Virus record (IMG/VR): IMGVR_UViG_3300024284_000007
Span: 23,380-87,379 of that record
DNA length: 64,000 bases
Source of the DNA: a virus
Lineage: Duplodnaviria > Caudoviricetes
Reading direction: 5' to 3' (one strand)
In this document: in pieces, positions 51,786-60,043 of the stretch
How positions within the stretch are numbered: position 1 is the first letter of the stretch
Layout: each line of letters starts with the position of its first letter
Made by a program: the position numbers and the translations under genes
The notes under the pieces: generated by a model
Databases searched by the model: none
The model's input: only the letters and a program-made list of their open reading frames with translations
What the model was told of the DNA's origin: nothing

Positions 51786-52271
51786 TCACCTGACTACCCG
51801 GAACGCCATCGTCGGTGCCCAGTAGCCGTTCCAGTGCGCGTACCCGACCCGGGTCCCCGAGTGGTGCGCGCCATAAGACGTGTGGTACCAGCGCGTTTTC
51901 AGCTCCACGTGCCCGGTGCCGTAGAACAGCAGGTCCCCTCGCCGCGCGTCCGCCACCGGGATCGCCTGGAGGTGCGGGCTGCGCAGCATGGCGTAGGTGT
52001 CGCGCCCCAGGTTGATGCCCGTCGCGTGAAGGAACGCTTCATAGACGACACCGGAGCAGTCGTAGCCCTGCCCGCAGGAAGTGCCGCCGTAGTTGTACCA
52101 GCAGCCAGCCGCATGGGCCTCCTCCCAGTTCAGTGCGGCATTGCCGGGGGTAGCCGATGCCTGCGCGGGAGTCCCCGCGAGAGACATCCCGAAGATCACG
52201 GCGGAAACGGCTGCCGTTGCCGCGTTCCGGGCGTGCTTTGCGTAAGAGGCGTGCTTCCTGTGCCGTCCCAC
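51786..52271 (-). CDS. Secreted NlpC/P60 cell-wall peptidase
   Basis: GRHRK signal peptide ending AQA; YDCSG, GDLLFY, GHV. Confidence 0.88.
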   Translation of the reverse strand: MGRHRKHASYAKHARNAATAAVSAVIFGMSLAGTPAQASATPGNAALNWEEAHAAGCWYNYGGTSCGQGYDCSGVVYEAFLHATGINLGRDTYAMLRSPHLQAIPVADARRGDLLFYGTGHVELKTRWYHTSYGAHHSGTRVGYAHWNGYWAPTMAFRVVR

Positions 52272-52273
52272 GG

Positions 52274-52969
52274 TCAGCACCCGTCGTAGGGAGCCCACGG
52301 GCTGGTGCCCCGCGCCGCGTAGACGCTGGCGAACACCCGGTCTTGCTCGGACACGCTGGCATGCCCGAAGTCGGCGGACGAACCGCCGCCGGATACCCAG
52401 GTGCCGTAGTCGAACTGGTAAAGCCCGTAGTGACCGCTGGAGTTCATCACCTGGCTACGCCCGCCGGATTCACGGGTGATCACGCAGGACTGGAAGCCGC
52501 CCATGCCCGCCGTGGAAACGTTGCCCTGCAGGCTCTGCACCTGCTGCGTCGCGGAGTGCCGGGGGGTATAGGTCTCCGTGACCGGCGGGGGCACGTAGGA
52601 GGTCTTGCAGGACAGGGTGAAGACCTGCCCGGGGTAGATCATGTTGTAGTCGGAGATCTTGCCCTTGTTCGCCGCGTAGATACCGGTCCAGTCTGCGGGA
52701 TTGCCGCAGCGGTCCCTGGCGATCTCCGAGAGGGTGTCCCCGCTCTGCACGGAGACCGTGAGAGGCTGCGCGGCGCGGATCGTGTCGGCGACCGCCCTGA
52801 CGGGAAGGTGCTCCGACGAGACAGGAGCGGACGGGGCAGGAAGGGTTCCTGCCGAGGCTGCGGCAGGCGTGCCCGCGATGATCGCGGTTACCGCGAGACC
52901 TGATCCTGCGGCAGCTACGGCAGTTCCCGTCCGGCTAGGGCGGCGGTGCCGTCCTCGGTGCGAAGTCAT
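52274..52969 (-). CDS. Secreted LysM plus resuscitation-promoting-factor (Rpf-like transglycosylase) protein
   Basis: GRHRR signal peptide; VQSGDTLSEIA...IYPGQVF (LysM); RESGG...YGLYQF...TW...EQD (Rpf fold). Confidence 0.85.
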   Translation of the reverse strand: MTSHRGRHRRPSRTGTAVAAAGSGLAVTAIIAGTPAAASAGTLPAPSAPVSSEHLPVRAVADTIRAAQPLTVSVQSGDTLSEIARDRCGNPADWTGIYAANKGKISDYNMIYPGQVFTLSCKTSYVPPPVTETYTPRHSATQQVQSLQGNVSTAGMGGFQSCVITRESGGRSQVMNSSGHYGLYQFDYGTWVSGGGSSADFGHASVSEQDRVFASVYAARGTSPWAPYDGC

Positions 52970-53064
52970 ATGACTCCTGAGCTAGCAGTACGCTCGCAAA
53001 GGGTCCCCAGGAATCAGCAGGACAGCGAGCCTGTCGGTGACAAGGGATAGCTGTCCTTACGTCA

Positions 53065-53093
53065 CTTATACGCTATTGTGCACAGGTCGTCAA
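53065..53093 (-). promoter_or_regulatory. SigA-type promoter of the Rpf/NlpC pair
   Basis: TTGACG-17 nt-TATAAG. Confidence 0.6.
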
Positions 53094-53452
53094 ACGCTGT
53101 CAGGAGAATCGGGAAATTCCATCGATTCCGCGATGCGGATAAGCTCACAGGCGGGATACGCCCGAGGCTGCCGCCCCTGGGACCGGTAGTCCCGCATGCG
53201 GATCACTCCGGAGGGCTGAAGTCCCTCTTCCTTTACTCGTTTCCGCAGGTCAGGCTCCTTCACGCCGAGGATCTGGGCAGCGAAGGGAAGAGGCCAGCTG
53301 GTGCCGTCAAGGTCCACGAAGGGAAGACTCAGCCATCCGGCGAGCTTGCGCCTGAAATCAGGACCGAGATCACCGGTAACAGCGCTGTCGTCGTCAATAC
53401 CGGGAAGGGGGTGCGCTCCTTCAGGCATCGTCACCTTCCGCTGTTTCCTCAT
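53090..53452 (-). CDS. Putative HTH DNA-binding protein
   Basis: WPLPFAAQILGVKEPDLRKRV resembles an HTH. Confidence 0.5.
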   Translation of the reverse strand: MRKQRKVTMPEGAHPLPGIDDDSAVTGDLGPDFRRKLAGWLSLPFVDLDGTSWPLPFAAQILGVKEPDLRKRVKEEGLQPSGVIRMRDYRSQGRQPRAYPACELIRIAESMEFPDSPDSV

Positions 53453-53554
53453 AAGCGAGCGCCGCAGTCAGTTCCCGCTGCCGTGACGGCTGCTTCTTCT
53501 CCGTGCCATATGCCGCCGTGACGATAATCCACGAGGAAGGCAGCCCCCGGGGTC

Positions 53555-54205
53555 TCATGCAGGCAGTCCTACGACATTATCCATCCAGACCATCTCCCAG
53601 TTGCCGGTAACAGGAGAGTATTCCATCCGGGCTTCGGGCTTACGCCCTTCTTCATCCTTGCAATCCGGGTTGACGCAGAAGATCTTTCCTTCCAGGGCTC
53701 TTGCCCTCAGCGTGTGGTTCTCGCAGAACGGGCACTTCGGCTCGGGAGAACCCGGAGAGCGGGGAAGCCGCTTGGGAATCTCGGTCAGTTCCAGCGCAAT
53801 GGACGCTTTCCTGGACCACTTCTCCAGCTCTCTCGTGCAGAGGCGGACCATGAAATCATCGGTTCCTTCGGAAAGCTGGCAGACAGCATCCAGGGCCTTG
53901 CGGGTATTAGCATTGCTCCCGCCTCTCGCTCTTTGCGGCAGGACCAGCTCCCAGCGCATCTCCCTTTCCAGCTTGCGGCTCAAGGCGTGCAGTTCGAGAT
54001 GAGAGTGGGCAACAGGGGCATACCACGGGGGCTGGGAGAAATCGATCTTGCCGTGGAAGCCGCCCGAAGGCTTCGAAGGCCTTTCCGCGATGAGAAGCTC
54101 AAGCTTCTGGTCGAGAATGAGGGCATGCCCGGCGGAGTCACGGAGCCGGGTGCGGATAGCGACGTGAACCGGGATGACAGCTGGCATGATATACCAGGTT
54201 ATCAC
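53555..54205 (-). CDS. Hypothetical protein with a C-terminal Zn ribbon
   Basis: CPFC...CVNPDC. Confidence 0.7.
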   Translation of the reverse strand: MITWYIMPAVIPVHVAIRTRLRDSAGHALILDQKLELLIAERPSKPSGGFHGKIDFSQPPWYAPVAHSHLELHALSRKLEREMRWELVLPQRARGGSNANTRKALDAVCQLSEGTDDFMVRLCTRELEKWSRKASIALELTEIPKRLPRSPGSPEPKCPFCENHTLRARALEGKIFCVNPDCKDEEGRKPEARMEYSPVTGNWEMVWMDNVVGLPA

Positions 54206-54232
54206 GAAAACCAGTTCGAATTGAAGACGGAA

Positions 54233-54273
54233 AAGAAGCCCCGGAGAGAAGGATGCGCTCTCCGGGGCTTCTT
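54233..54273. terminator. Strong hairpin after the RyR-domain gene
   Basis: AAGAAGCCCCGGAGAG/CTCTCCGGGGCTTCTT. Confidence 0.6.
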
Positions 54274-54298
54274 GCCTGCCGGGAAGGATCGGCAGGGG

Positions 54299-54670
54299 CT
54301 AGAGCAGGGACCTGACGATCGCGATTGCCATCTGGTCCTTCTTCTGCTGCTCAGGAGGAAGCTTGCGCCAGTCCTGCAGGCAGGGGTGCGTAGGAGGGAC
54401 AGCCGCCGGATCCTTCACCTTCCCCAGCCTCCACCCCCTGGCGATCATCAGGTCCACCCACTGCTGGTGGATGTACAGCGCCAGGTCCTCGTCATCCAGG
54501 AAGACGGACTCATCCCGGATCGCCCGTACCCGGTCGATGATGAACTGCTTGTGCCAGTCCGGGAGGATGTCGAACCCAGGATCAGGAGCGGGATCCTCCA
54601 GCCCGATGTTCCACCCGATATTGGCGTAATGGACCGTCCGGGCGATCCGGGTCAGCTCGTCGTCCGTCAC
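54299..54670 (-). CDS. RyR-domain protein
   Basis: HQQWVDLMIARGWRLGKVKD...THPCLQDWRKLPPEQQKKD. Confidence 0.8.
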   Translation of the reverse strand: MTDDELTRIARTVHYANIGWNIGLEDPAPDPGFDILPDWHKQFIIDRVRAIRDESVFLDDEDLALYIHQQWVDLMIARGWRLGKVKDPAAVPPTHPCLQDWRKLPPEQQKKDQMAIAIVRSLL

Positions 54671-54897
54671 GCGACCGCCTCATCTTCCACGGTGTTGACG
54701 ATCGCGTCGAGGACCGCATGGGGGATCAGGTGCGTCTTGACCACATGGACGCCGTTATCCACGTAGGTCATCACGAGCTTGACCAGCCCTACGTCCTCCA
54801 GGGTCTTCTTCTTGCTCGTCAGGGTCTGGAAGATCCGGTCCTCGCTTTCTGAGACCGGGATCGCCTGGAGGGCCTGGGTGTCACCGTTGTTCGCCAT
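54667..54897 (-). CDS. Hypothetical protein
   Basis: AAGGGA RBS; coupled to the next gene. Confidence 0.65.
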   Translation of the reverse strand: MANNGDTQALQAIPVSESEDRIFQTLTSKKKTLEDVGLVKLVMTYVDNGVHVVKTHLIPHAVLDAIVNTVEDEAVA

Positions 54898-54911
54898 GCT
54901 TCGTTCCCTTC

Positions 54912-56543
54912 CTAGATGTCCCCGCGCGAGAAGTCTGCCAGCATCGCGGGGACGTTGCTGTCAAAACCTGCAACATCCAGGCTTCCGGGGTCTGCCGGGT
55001 CCGCGATGCTGCACTGGGTTGCGGTCATGCCAACAACCGCGAGGCGGGCATTGATTCCCGTCGCGTTGCGGTACTGCACCAGAGCCTGGTGCGGGTGGAT
55101 CCGTCCCGCCCAGGTCTCGTTGTCCGTGTAGACCTGGAAGGTATCCACCTCGATCTTGTTCTTCTGCGCCCAGATCATCGGCAGCGAGCAGTCCGTGCCG
55201 CCGAACGGGAGATTCGCGATTACCCGCACGGCATCATCCAGGCGCTGTTTCGGGGAGATCTTCAGTCCCGAGATGCCTTCACCCCTGCCGTTGCCGCTGG
55301 TGAAGCCGGTGATGAGGTAGTTCTCCTCCGTCGCGGCGGTGACCAGGGACAGGGCGGCGGAGATGTCTCTGGGGGACAGTCCCGGAGTTCCGGTGTTCCC
55401 CCACGTCATGGATCCGCTGACGTCGAGAGCCAGCATGGTCCGCTTCCCGCTTGGCGTGACTGCCTTGAACGCCAGGTAGAAGGCGTCATTGAAGGCATCG
55501 ATGACCTGCGGGACCGGGGTCCAGGTGCTGCCACCGTACATGGACTGACCGGCAGCGTAGGTCTTCATCGCGATCAGCAGGCTCACCGGATGGACCCGCG
55601 CACGGATCAGCTTGTCCTGGTCGCGGAGCTGGTCCGTGACCTTCTTCAGGTGCTCCGACATGGGAGCCAGGACCCCGAGCCGGGTCAATGTCGGGAGCTG
55701 GCGGATCAGGGCAGTCATGGGCATCCCCTGGTCAATCAGCGCACGCCAGAAGTCCGCGTGGGTGCGCGCCTCGTCGGGGAACGCCTCCCAGGGAAGTCCC
55801 GGGATGTTCCTGACCAGGTTGACCCATGCCTTCGCGCGGGCGGTTCCCGTGGCGCGTTTCTCGATCTCCCGTGCCTGCTGGTAACCCCTGATCACCTGGG
55901 GCAGGGCAATATCCGTCTCCCGCCCGCAGGCGAAGTCGAAAAGAGCCTTCAGCTGCGGGTCGGAGGTCTTCGGGTGAGCGAGGCGCAGCAGGTCCTTGTG
56001 CGTCCAGCCGTTGCGCTGGCGGTACTTGATCAGCTGGCGCGCCAGCTCCTCCGGGTCCTTATCCAGGTACCAGCCGCTGACCGCCCTGCGCGAACCCCGG
56101 GTCCATCCGCCGAACAGCTCGCGGTATTCCGCCCAGGCGTACAGGTGGGTGCCGATACGAGCCACCTCCGGCAGGATCTCCAGGGCGCGCTTGCGACCGT
56201 CATCATCTCCGAGAACACTGGCGGCGGCAACGGCGTAGAGAGCCGGGTCATTTCGCGGAGCCCTGCCTGCCACGGAGATATCCCGGGCGGCCCCGGCGAG
56301 GGCAGTGGCGTTCTCCCGGGCAACCCTCTTCACGACGTCGGTTGCATCCTTGGTCAGCTTCTTCTCGCCGACGTAGAAGGTGCCCCCGGTGGTGCCGAGA
56401 GTGAGGAAGCGGTAGATCTGCGGGAAGTTCCCGAGCTGGAAAGTCCAGCCCCCAGCGTTGTTTTTCACCTGCCGGGGATCCGCCTGCTCTGACTGGGCAG
56501 TCTTCTTGGTGCCCGTGGAGAGCAGCGGGTCATTGCGTGGCAT
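54912..56543 (-). CDS. rsr: Ro60/Rsr orthologue (TROVE plus vWA)
   Basis: NNAGG, RFLTLGT..GTFY, KYRQRNGWTHKDLLRLAHP, PMTALIRQL, LALDVSGSM, YTDNETW. Confidence 0.95.
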   Translation of the reverse strand: MPRNDPLLSTGTKKTAQSEQADPRQVKNNAGGWTFQLGNFPQIYRFLTLGTTGGTFYVGEKKLTKDATDVVKRVARENATALAGAARDISVAGRAPRNDPALYAVAAASVLGDDDGRKRALEILPEVARIGTHLYAWAEYRELFGGWTRGSRRAVSGWYLDKDPEELARQLIKYRQRNGWTHKDLLRLAHPKTSDPQLKALFDFACGRETDIALPQVIRGYQQAREIEKRATGTARAKAWVNLVRNIPGLPWEAFPDEARTHADFWRALIDQGMPMTALIRQLPTLTRLGVLAPMSEHLKKVTDQLRDQDKLIRARVHPVSLLIAMKTYAAGQSMYGGSTWTPVPQVIDAFNDAFYLAFKAVTPSGKRTMLALDVSGSMTWGNTGTPGLSPRDISAALSLVTAATEENYLITGFTSGNGRGEGISGLKISPKQRLDDAVRVIANLPFGGTDCSLPMIWAQKNKIEVDTFQVYTDNETWAGRIHPHQALVQYRNATGINARLAVVGMTATQCSIADPADPGSLDVAGFDSNVPAMLADFSRGDI

Positions 56544-56571
56544 TACCTTCCCCTTTCCCTGGATTCATGCG

Positions 56572-56603
56572 AAAAGCCCCGCAGTGCGGAACTGCAGGGC
56601 TTT
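56572..56603 (-). terminator. Intrinsic terminator between the Y-RNA array and rsr
   Basis: AAAGCCCTGCAGT-TCCGC-ACTGCGGGGCTTTT. Confidence 0.6.
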
Positions 56604-56612
56604 GAGAAAGGA

Positions 56613-56749
56613 CCGCGCGGATGTGTTCATGGACACCGGGTTTAGTGCTCTGCCATTAAGCTACAGCCTCCACGAAGGGAGGCTGGCGGGAATCGAACCC
56701 GCACCCTCTTCTCCCAGAAAGATAACCGACATCCGTCCGACCCGCGCGG
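56613..56749 (-). ncRNA. Y RNA-like unit 1 (YrlA type with tRNA-like module)
   Basis: Closing stem GCGGGTCGG/CACATCCGC; T arm GCGGG-TTCGATT-CCCGC, looped acceptor CAGCCTCC/GGAGGCTG, D arm TAGCTTAATGGCAGAGC. Confidence 0.85.
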
Positions 56750-56764
56750 ATTCCTCCTGATGGC

Positions 56765-56833
56765 CCTGCAGATGTGTGAATGGGAACCGGGTTGCATCTG
56801 TATGGTGATAACCGATCCCCTCCGACCCGCAGG
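56765..56833 (-). ncRNA. Y RNA-like unit 2 (minimal, 69 nt)
   Basis: Same two closing stems and TTATC motif around a ~16-nt insert. Confidence 0.75.
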
Positions 56834-56840
56834 AGCTTGT

Positions 56841-56978
56841 GATGGCAGATATGTTCTGTGAGAACCGATGTTTAGGCACTCTGCCAATTGAGTTACCCCG
56901 GTTTTACCCGGAGACGGGACTCGAACCCGCAACTTCCCGCTTAAAAGGCGATAACCGATCCTCGTCCGACCCGCCATC
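56841..56978 (-). ncRNA. Y RNA-like unit 3 (YrlA type with an extra Lys-like anticodon hairpin)
   Basis: TCGC-CTTTTAA-GCGG, T arm TTCGAGT, looped acceptor, D arm ACTCAATTGGCAGAGT. Confidence 0.85.
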
Positions 56979-56996
56979 AGGTCTATGTAATTGTGC

Positions 56997-57086
56997 CCAG
57001 CGGATGTGGCAAGTAAAGCACCGTTTTCTGAATCCCAAGGCGAACCCTGGCTGGGACTGATAACCGATGCCCGTCCGACCCGCTGG
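56997..57086 (-). ncRNA. Y RNA-like unit 4 (UUCG hairpin cargo)
   Basis: Conserved closing stems; CCAGGG-TTCG-CCTTGG insert. Confidence 0.75.
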
Positions 57087-57099
57087 TTATGTAGTTCGG

Positions 57100-57211
57100 C
57101 TGACGGATGTGTTGCTGAGACCGGGTGCCTGAGCCATCACAGGCTTTGCCAGGTTTTACCCCGGCAGGTGGATTCGAACCATCGATAACCGATCTTCATC
57201 CGACCCGTCAG
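57100..57211 (-). ncRNA. Y RNA-like unit 5 (YrlA type)
   Basis: T loop TTCGAAT, acceptor hairpin TGCCGGG/CCTGGCA, D-like arm GCCT/AGGC. Confidence 0.8.
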
Positions 57212-57227
57212 TATATGTACTTGTCAG

Positions 57228-57326
57228 CGCGCGGATGTGTTAATGAGAACCGGAACCGGTCTCCCGGGGTAACGCTCACCGAGGTTATCAGTGTGTCAGA
57301 TAACCGATCCTCGTCCGACCCGCACG
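57228..57326 (-). ncRNA. Y RNA-like unit 6 (first transcribed; non-tRNA cargo)
   Basis: Conserved closing stems GAGGATCGG/CCGGTTCTC and the TTATC motif. Confidence 0.75.
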
Positions 57327-57332
57327 AGAAGA

Positions 57333-57361
57333 ACACTACTCTCCTGCGGGAAGGCTGTCAA
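57333..57361 (-). promoter_or_regulatory. SigA-type promoter of the Y-RNA array
   Basis: TTGACA-17 nt-TAGTGT, 6-7 nt before unit 6. Confidence 0.7.
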
Positions 57362-57390
57362 ACGGGTAACCTGGTCCTGCGGGCGGCGTT

Positions 57391-57588
57391 ATGCTCCTGC
57401 GGAGAGAGAAGGGAAGAGGGATGCACCGAGGCGGGACGAACGGGAAGAGGAAGTGCTTCAACGGCTGCGGGAGGCGGGTGCGGTTCCGTCTTATCTGCGG
57501 ACCGTGCAGGCGTAAGGCCAGGAAGATCGACCGGGACATGCGCAGGAACCGGCGCTCGAAGAACGCGAAGCTCCCCGGGAAGAGGTAG
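57391..57588 (+). CDS. Arg/Cys-rich small protein
   Basis: CFNGC...CGPC. Confidence 0.45.
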   Translation: MLLRREKGRGMHRGGTNGKRKCFNGCGRRVRFRLICGPCRRKARKIDRDMRRNRRSKNAKLPGKR

Positions 57589-57590
57589 CA

Positions 57591-57905
57591 GTGGAGAACC
57601 CGGCGGGCTGGGATCCGGCAGAGAAGGTCATCAGCGACGCGATCAGGAAAAACCAGGAGGAAACGAATGCCTTCGGCAGGATCGGGTGGTCCCTGGCGAA
57701 AGACATCGCGGATGCCCTTCGGAACGCGGGACTGCTGGCGGTTACCAGGAAAGTCACTCGCTTCGAGGTAGTCAACCACTCCGGGCGCAGGATAAGCACC
57801 AGCCCGGAATCTCCCCGGGCACTGGTGGCATATGATATCTCAGTGTCACTGAGCCTGCAGGATGATGACAGGACGCTGAAGGTGTTCCTGGGTGAGGGAT
57901 CGTGA
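57591..57905 (+). CDS. Hypothetical protein
   Basis: GC3-biased; coupled to the next gene. Confidence 0.65.
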   Translation: MENPAGWDPAEKVISDAIRKNQEETNAFGRIGWSLAKDIADALRNAGLLAVTRKVTRFEVVNHSGRRISTSPESPRALVAYDISVSLSLQDDDRTLKVFLGEGS

Positions 57906-58321
57906 TCATCGGGGTGACCGCATCGCGGACCTGGAAGGACAGAAAGCAGATCTCCGATGCCTTCGATGAGACGGCTGAGTTTTTCCTGCGTACGTGGAGG
58001 AAAGAACTCGTGGTGGTGATCAACGGCGGGGCTGCCGGGGGAGATGAACTGTGCCACGTCGAGGCAGACTCCCGGGGATGGCACACCGCGATCATCAAGC
58101 CCCTGTGGGGCTTCTACGGGAAACCCGGCGGGCACGTGCGGGATTCCGCGATGGTTTACCTGGGGAAGGGCACCGCCAGCAGGTGGCTGGCATTTCTCGA
58201 TCAGTGCAGGCGAGATGAATGCCAGGGGGAAATACCGCATGACACTCACGGAGCCGGGAAGACCGCAGAAAGAGCGGAAACAGCGGGAATCGAGGTCAGG
58301 AGATACGGATGGCGGTACTAG
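57902..58321 (+). CDS. SLOG-superfamily protein (YspA/DUF2493-like)
   Basis: IGVTASRTW, VINGGAAGGDE, GHVRDSAMV, HGAGKT. Confidence 0.75.
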   Translation: MIIGVTASRTWKDRKQISDAFDETAEFFLRTWRKELVVVINGGAAGGDELCHVEADSRGWHTAIIKPLWGFYGKPGGHVRDSAMVYLGKGTASRWLAFLDQCRRDECQGEIPHDTHGAGKTAERAETAGIEVRRYGWRY

Positions 58322-58701
58322 ATTCCTGTGCGATTTGCACAACAGCGCTCGATATGCGTACTTGCTATCTCTGCGCGAAGATCACGCTGGCAAGCGGCTG
58401 TGATCACTACCAGCCTGCGGAATCCCTCTGTCAAGGTCATACCCTGAAAGAGATATCCCGATTCATGGAATCCGGAGAACAGGCAAAGGTCGTCAGCTGC
58501 GAGTGGTGCTGCGGATGCCCTGAGTGCATGGAGCACCATCGCGGAGGCTGGACGCCGAAAGACAGCGGGGTCCAGGTCCGCCACGGGGGAGCGTGGGACC
58601 GGGTTACCCGGTATGCGGCTCCGTCGCCAGGTGATACCCCCCGCAGTGGCGGCAGTACGCTCTCCTCGGGCGGTACTGCGCCGGACCCCGGTCAGCCCTG
58701 A
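58309..58701 (+). CDS. Cys-rich hypothetical protein
   Basis: Several CxxC motifs. Confidence 0.5.
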   Translation: MAVLDSCAICTTALDMRTCYLCAKITLASGCDHYQPAESLCQGHTLKEISRFMESGEQAKVVSCEWCCGCPECMEHHRGGWTPKDSGVQVRHGGAWDRVTRYAAPSPGDTPRSGGSTLSSGGTAPDPGQP

Positions 58702-58851
58702 CGGTGAGCAGCGCCATCCCGAGGAACAGGCATGCTGCCGCATTGCCCCAGTTCCCGGTGGCAGCGTTATAGACTGCTGCCAGGACAAGGAACCCTCCGA
58801 AACCTGTCATCATCACCACGTCCTTTCACCGGATGCAACCATGAGGATGCC

Positions 58852-59391
58852 GTGACTATTCCCCAGAGCCAGGCGCTCGCCTTCACTGCCGCCGAGAGGG
58901 CTTACCTCATCGACGCCCTGACGGTCTTCATGAGACAGATGGAAGGTACCTGGGAGGAAGATCAGTTCACTGAGCTGAAGATCCTGATGGAATATCTCTG
59001 CCGCCCGAAGCATCACCATGAAGGTTTCCTGGGGAAACAGGTCATCGTCACCCTGGACAGAGAGGGCGTCAATCCGGATGGCACTGCCTACGGGAGCAAT
59101 GAGGTCATCTCCGGGCAGCTGCTGGGGATCGGGGACGGCGGGAACTTCGAGATCCTCGAAGATGACGGGATGGTTTATCATTGCTGGCCCGCGCTGGAGA
59201 TCAGGGAGAGAAATGAAGCGCAGCAAGTGCGTCATCTGCAATACCCGCAGGCGGAAACGGGGGTCGGATTTGTGCGGTCCGTGCGGCAGGACGGTGGGGA
59301 GGTGGGTGACCTACCTGAAGGGGAGCAAGCCCGGGAAGGGAAAATGAGACAGGAAACCAGGTTCCCGGAAGAAGATGAGGCGACACGGTGA
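58852..59391 (+). CDS. Hypothetical protein
   Basis: GAGGA RBS with GTG start; the true C-terminus is uncertain. Confidence 0.55.
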   Translation: MTIPQSQALAFTAAERAYLIDALTVFMRQMEGTWEEDQFTELKILMEYLCRPKHHHEGFLGKQVIVTLDREGVNPDGTAYGSNEVISGQLLGIGDGGNFEILEDDGMVYHCWPALEIRERNEAQQVRHLQYPQAETGVGFVRSVRQDGGEVGDLPEGEQAREGKMRQETRFPEEDEATR

Positions 59392-59506
59392 GCAGGAGAC
59401 AGCGGCTCAGCAATCATGAGGCCTTCGCGGTGCTCCTGCTCGCGGCGACCAGCCTGTTCGTGATCTCCGCGATGGCTGTCGCGTGGTACATCCGGAGGAT
59501 GAGGAA

Positions 59507-59902
59507 ATGACAAGCTACAGCGAGGAAGAGATCCGCTATGCATTCCGGGGATGGCTGACGGAATCCTCCGGGGAATCATTCCTGCGGAGGCTGCATAACA
59601 ACAGGGAGAAATCCGTGCTCTCCGATGACGATACCGTCACGGTGAAAGAGATCAGGGACGCGGAGAAGGCACTGCAAGTCCGGGGGCAGGGGTCCACGAT
59701 CTACTCCGCTGAGCAGCTGCTGCGGAAGATCCACAGTTCCCGGGAGCCGGAATACCCAGTGAACAGCGTCTGGAAAGACGCAAACGGGATGGTCTGGCTC
59801 CGGGTAGCCGACGACGGCGGGGGATGGGCGTGCTTCGGGTCTGCGGGGACATATTCCCTTAACTCCCCCAAGCGCCCGCTGAAGAGAATGGACGTCATAT
59901 GA
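59507..59902 (+). CDS. Hypothetical protein
   Basis: GAGGA RBS, GC3-biased. Confidence 0.65.
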   Translation: MTSYSEEEIRYAFRGWLTESSGESFLRRLHNNREKSVLSDDDTVTVKEIRDAEKALQVRGQGSTIYSAEQLLRKIHSSREPEYPVNSVWKDANGMVWLRVADDGGGWACFGSAGTYSLNSPKRPLKRMDVI

Positions 59903-60043
59903 CCCAGGCAGTAGGCGTGATCCTGCTGATCATCACGATCGTGGGGGTGATCCTGGTCGCAAGCAACATCGACAGCTTCTCCCGCAGGGAGCGAGGTCTC
60001 CCGAAGAAGAAGCGGAAGGGCATCAGGAAGGGGAACGGGGAAC

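Noticed and set aside
36445-52289. Long plus-strand ORFs opposite capsid, portal and terminase (625, 494, 621, 653 and 714 aa)
   Set aside because: Same antisense shadow effect; no motifs or RBS.
56640-57185. Ordinary minus-strand tRNA genes
   Set aside because: The arm order is T - acceptor - D and the acceptor is closed by a loop, so these cannot be charged as standard tRNAs.
56613-57326. CRISPR array (recurring GATAACCGAT...TCCGACCCGC)
   Set aside because: Each repeat pairs with a second conserved motif at the other end of its unit, the intervening lengths vary widely and include tRNA arms, and no cas genes are present. A Y-RNA interpretation explains it.
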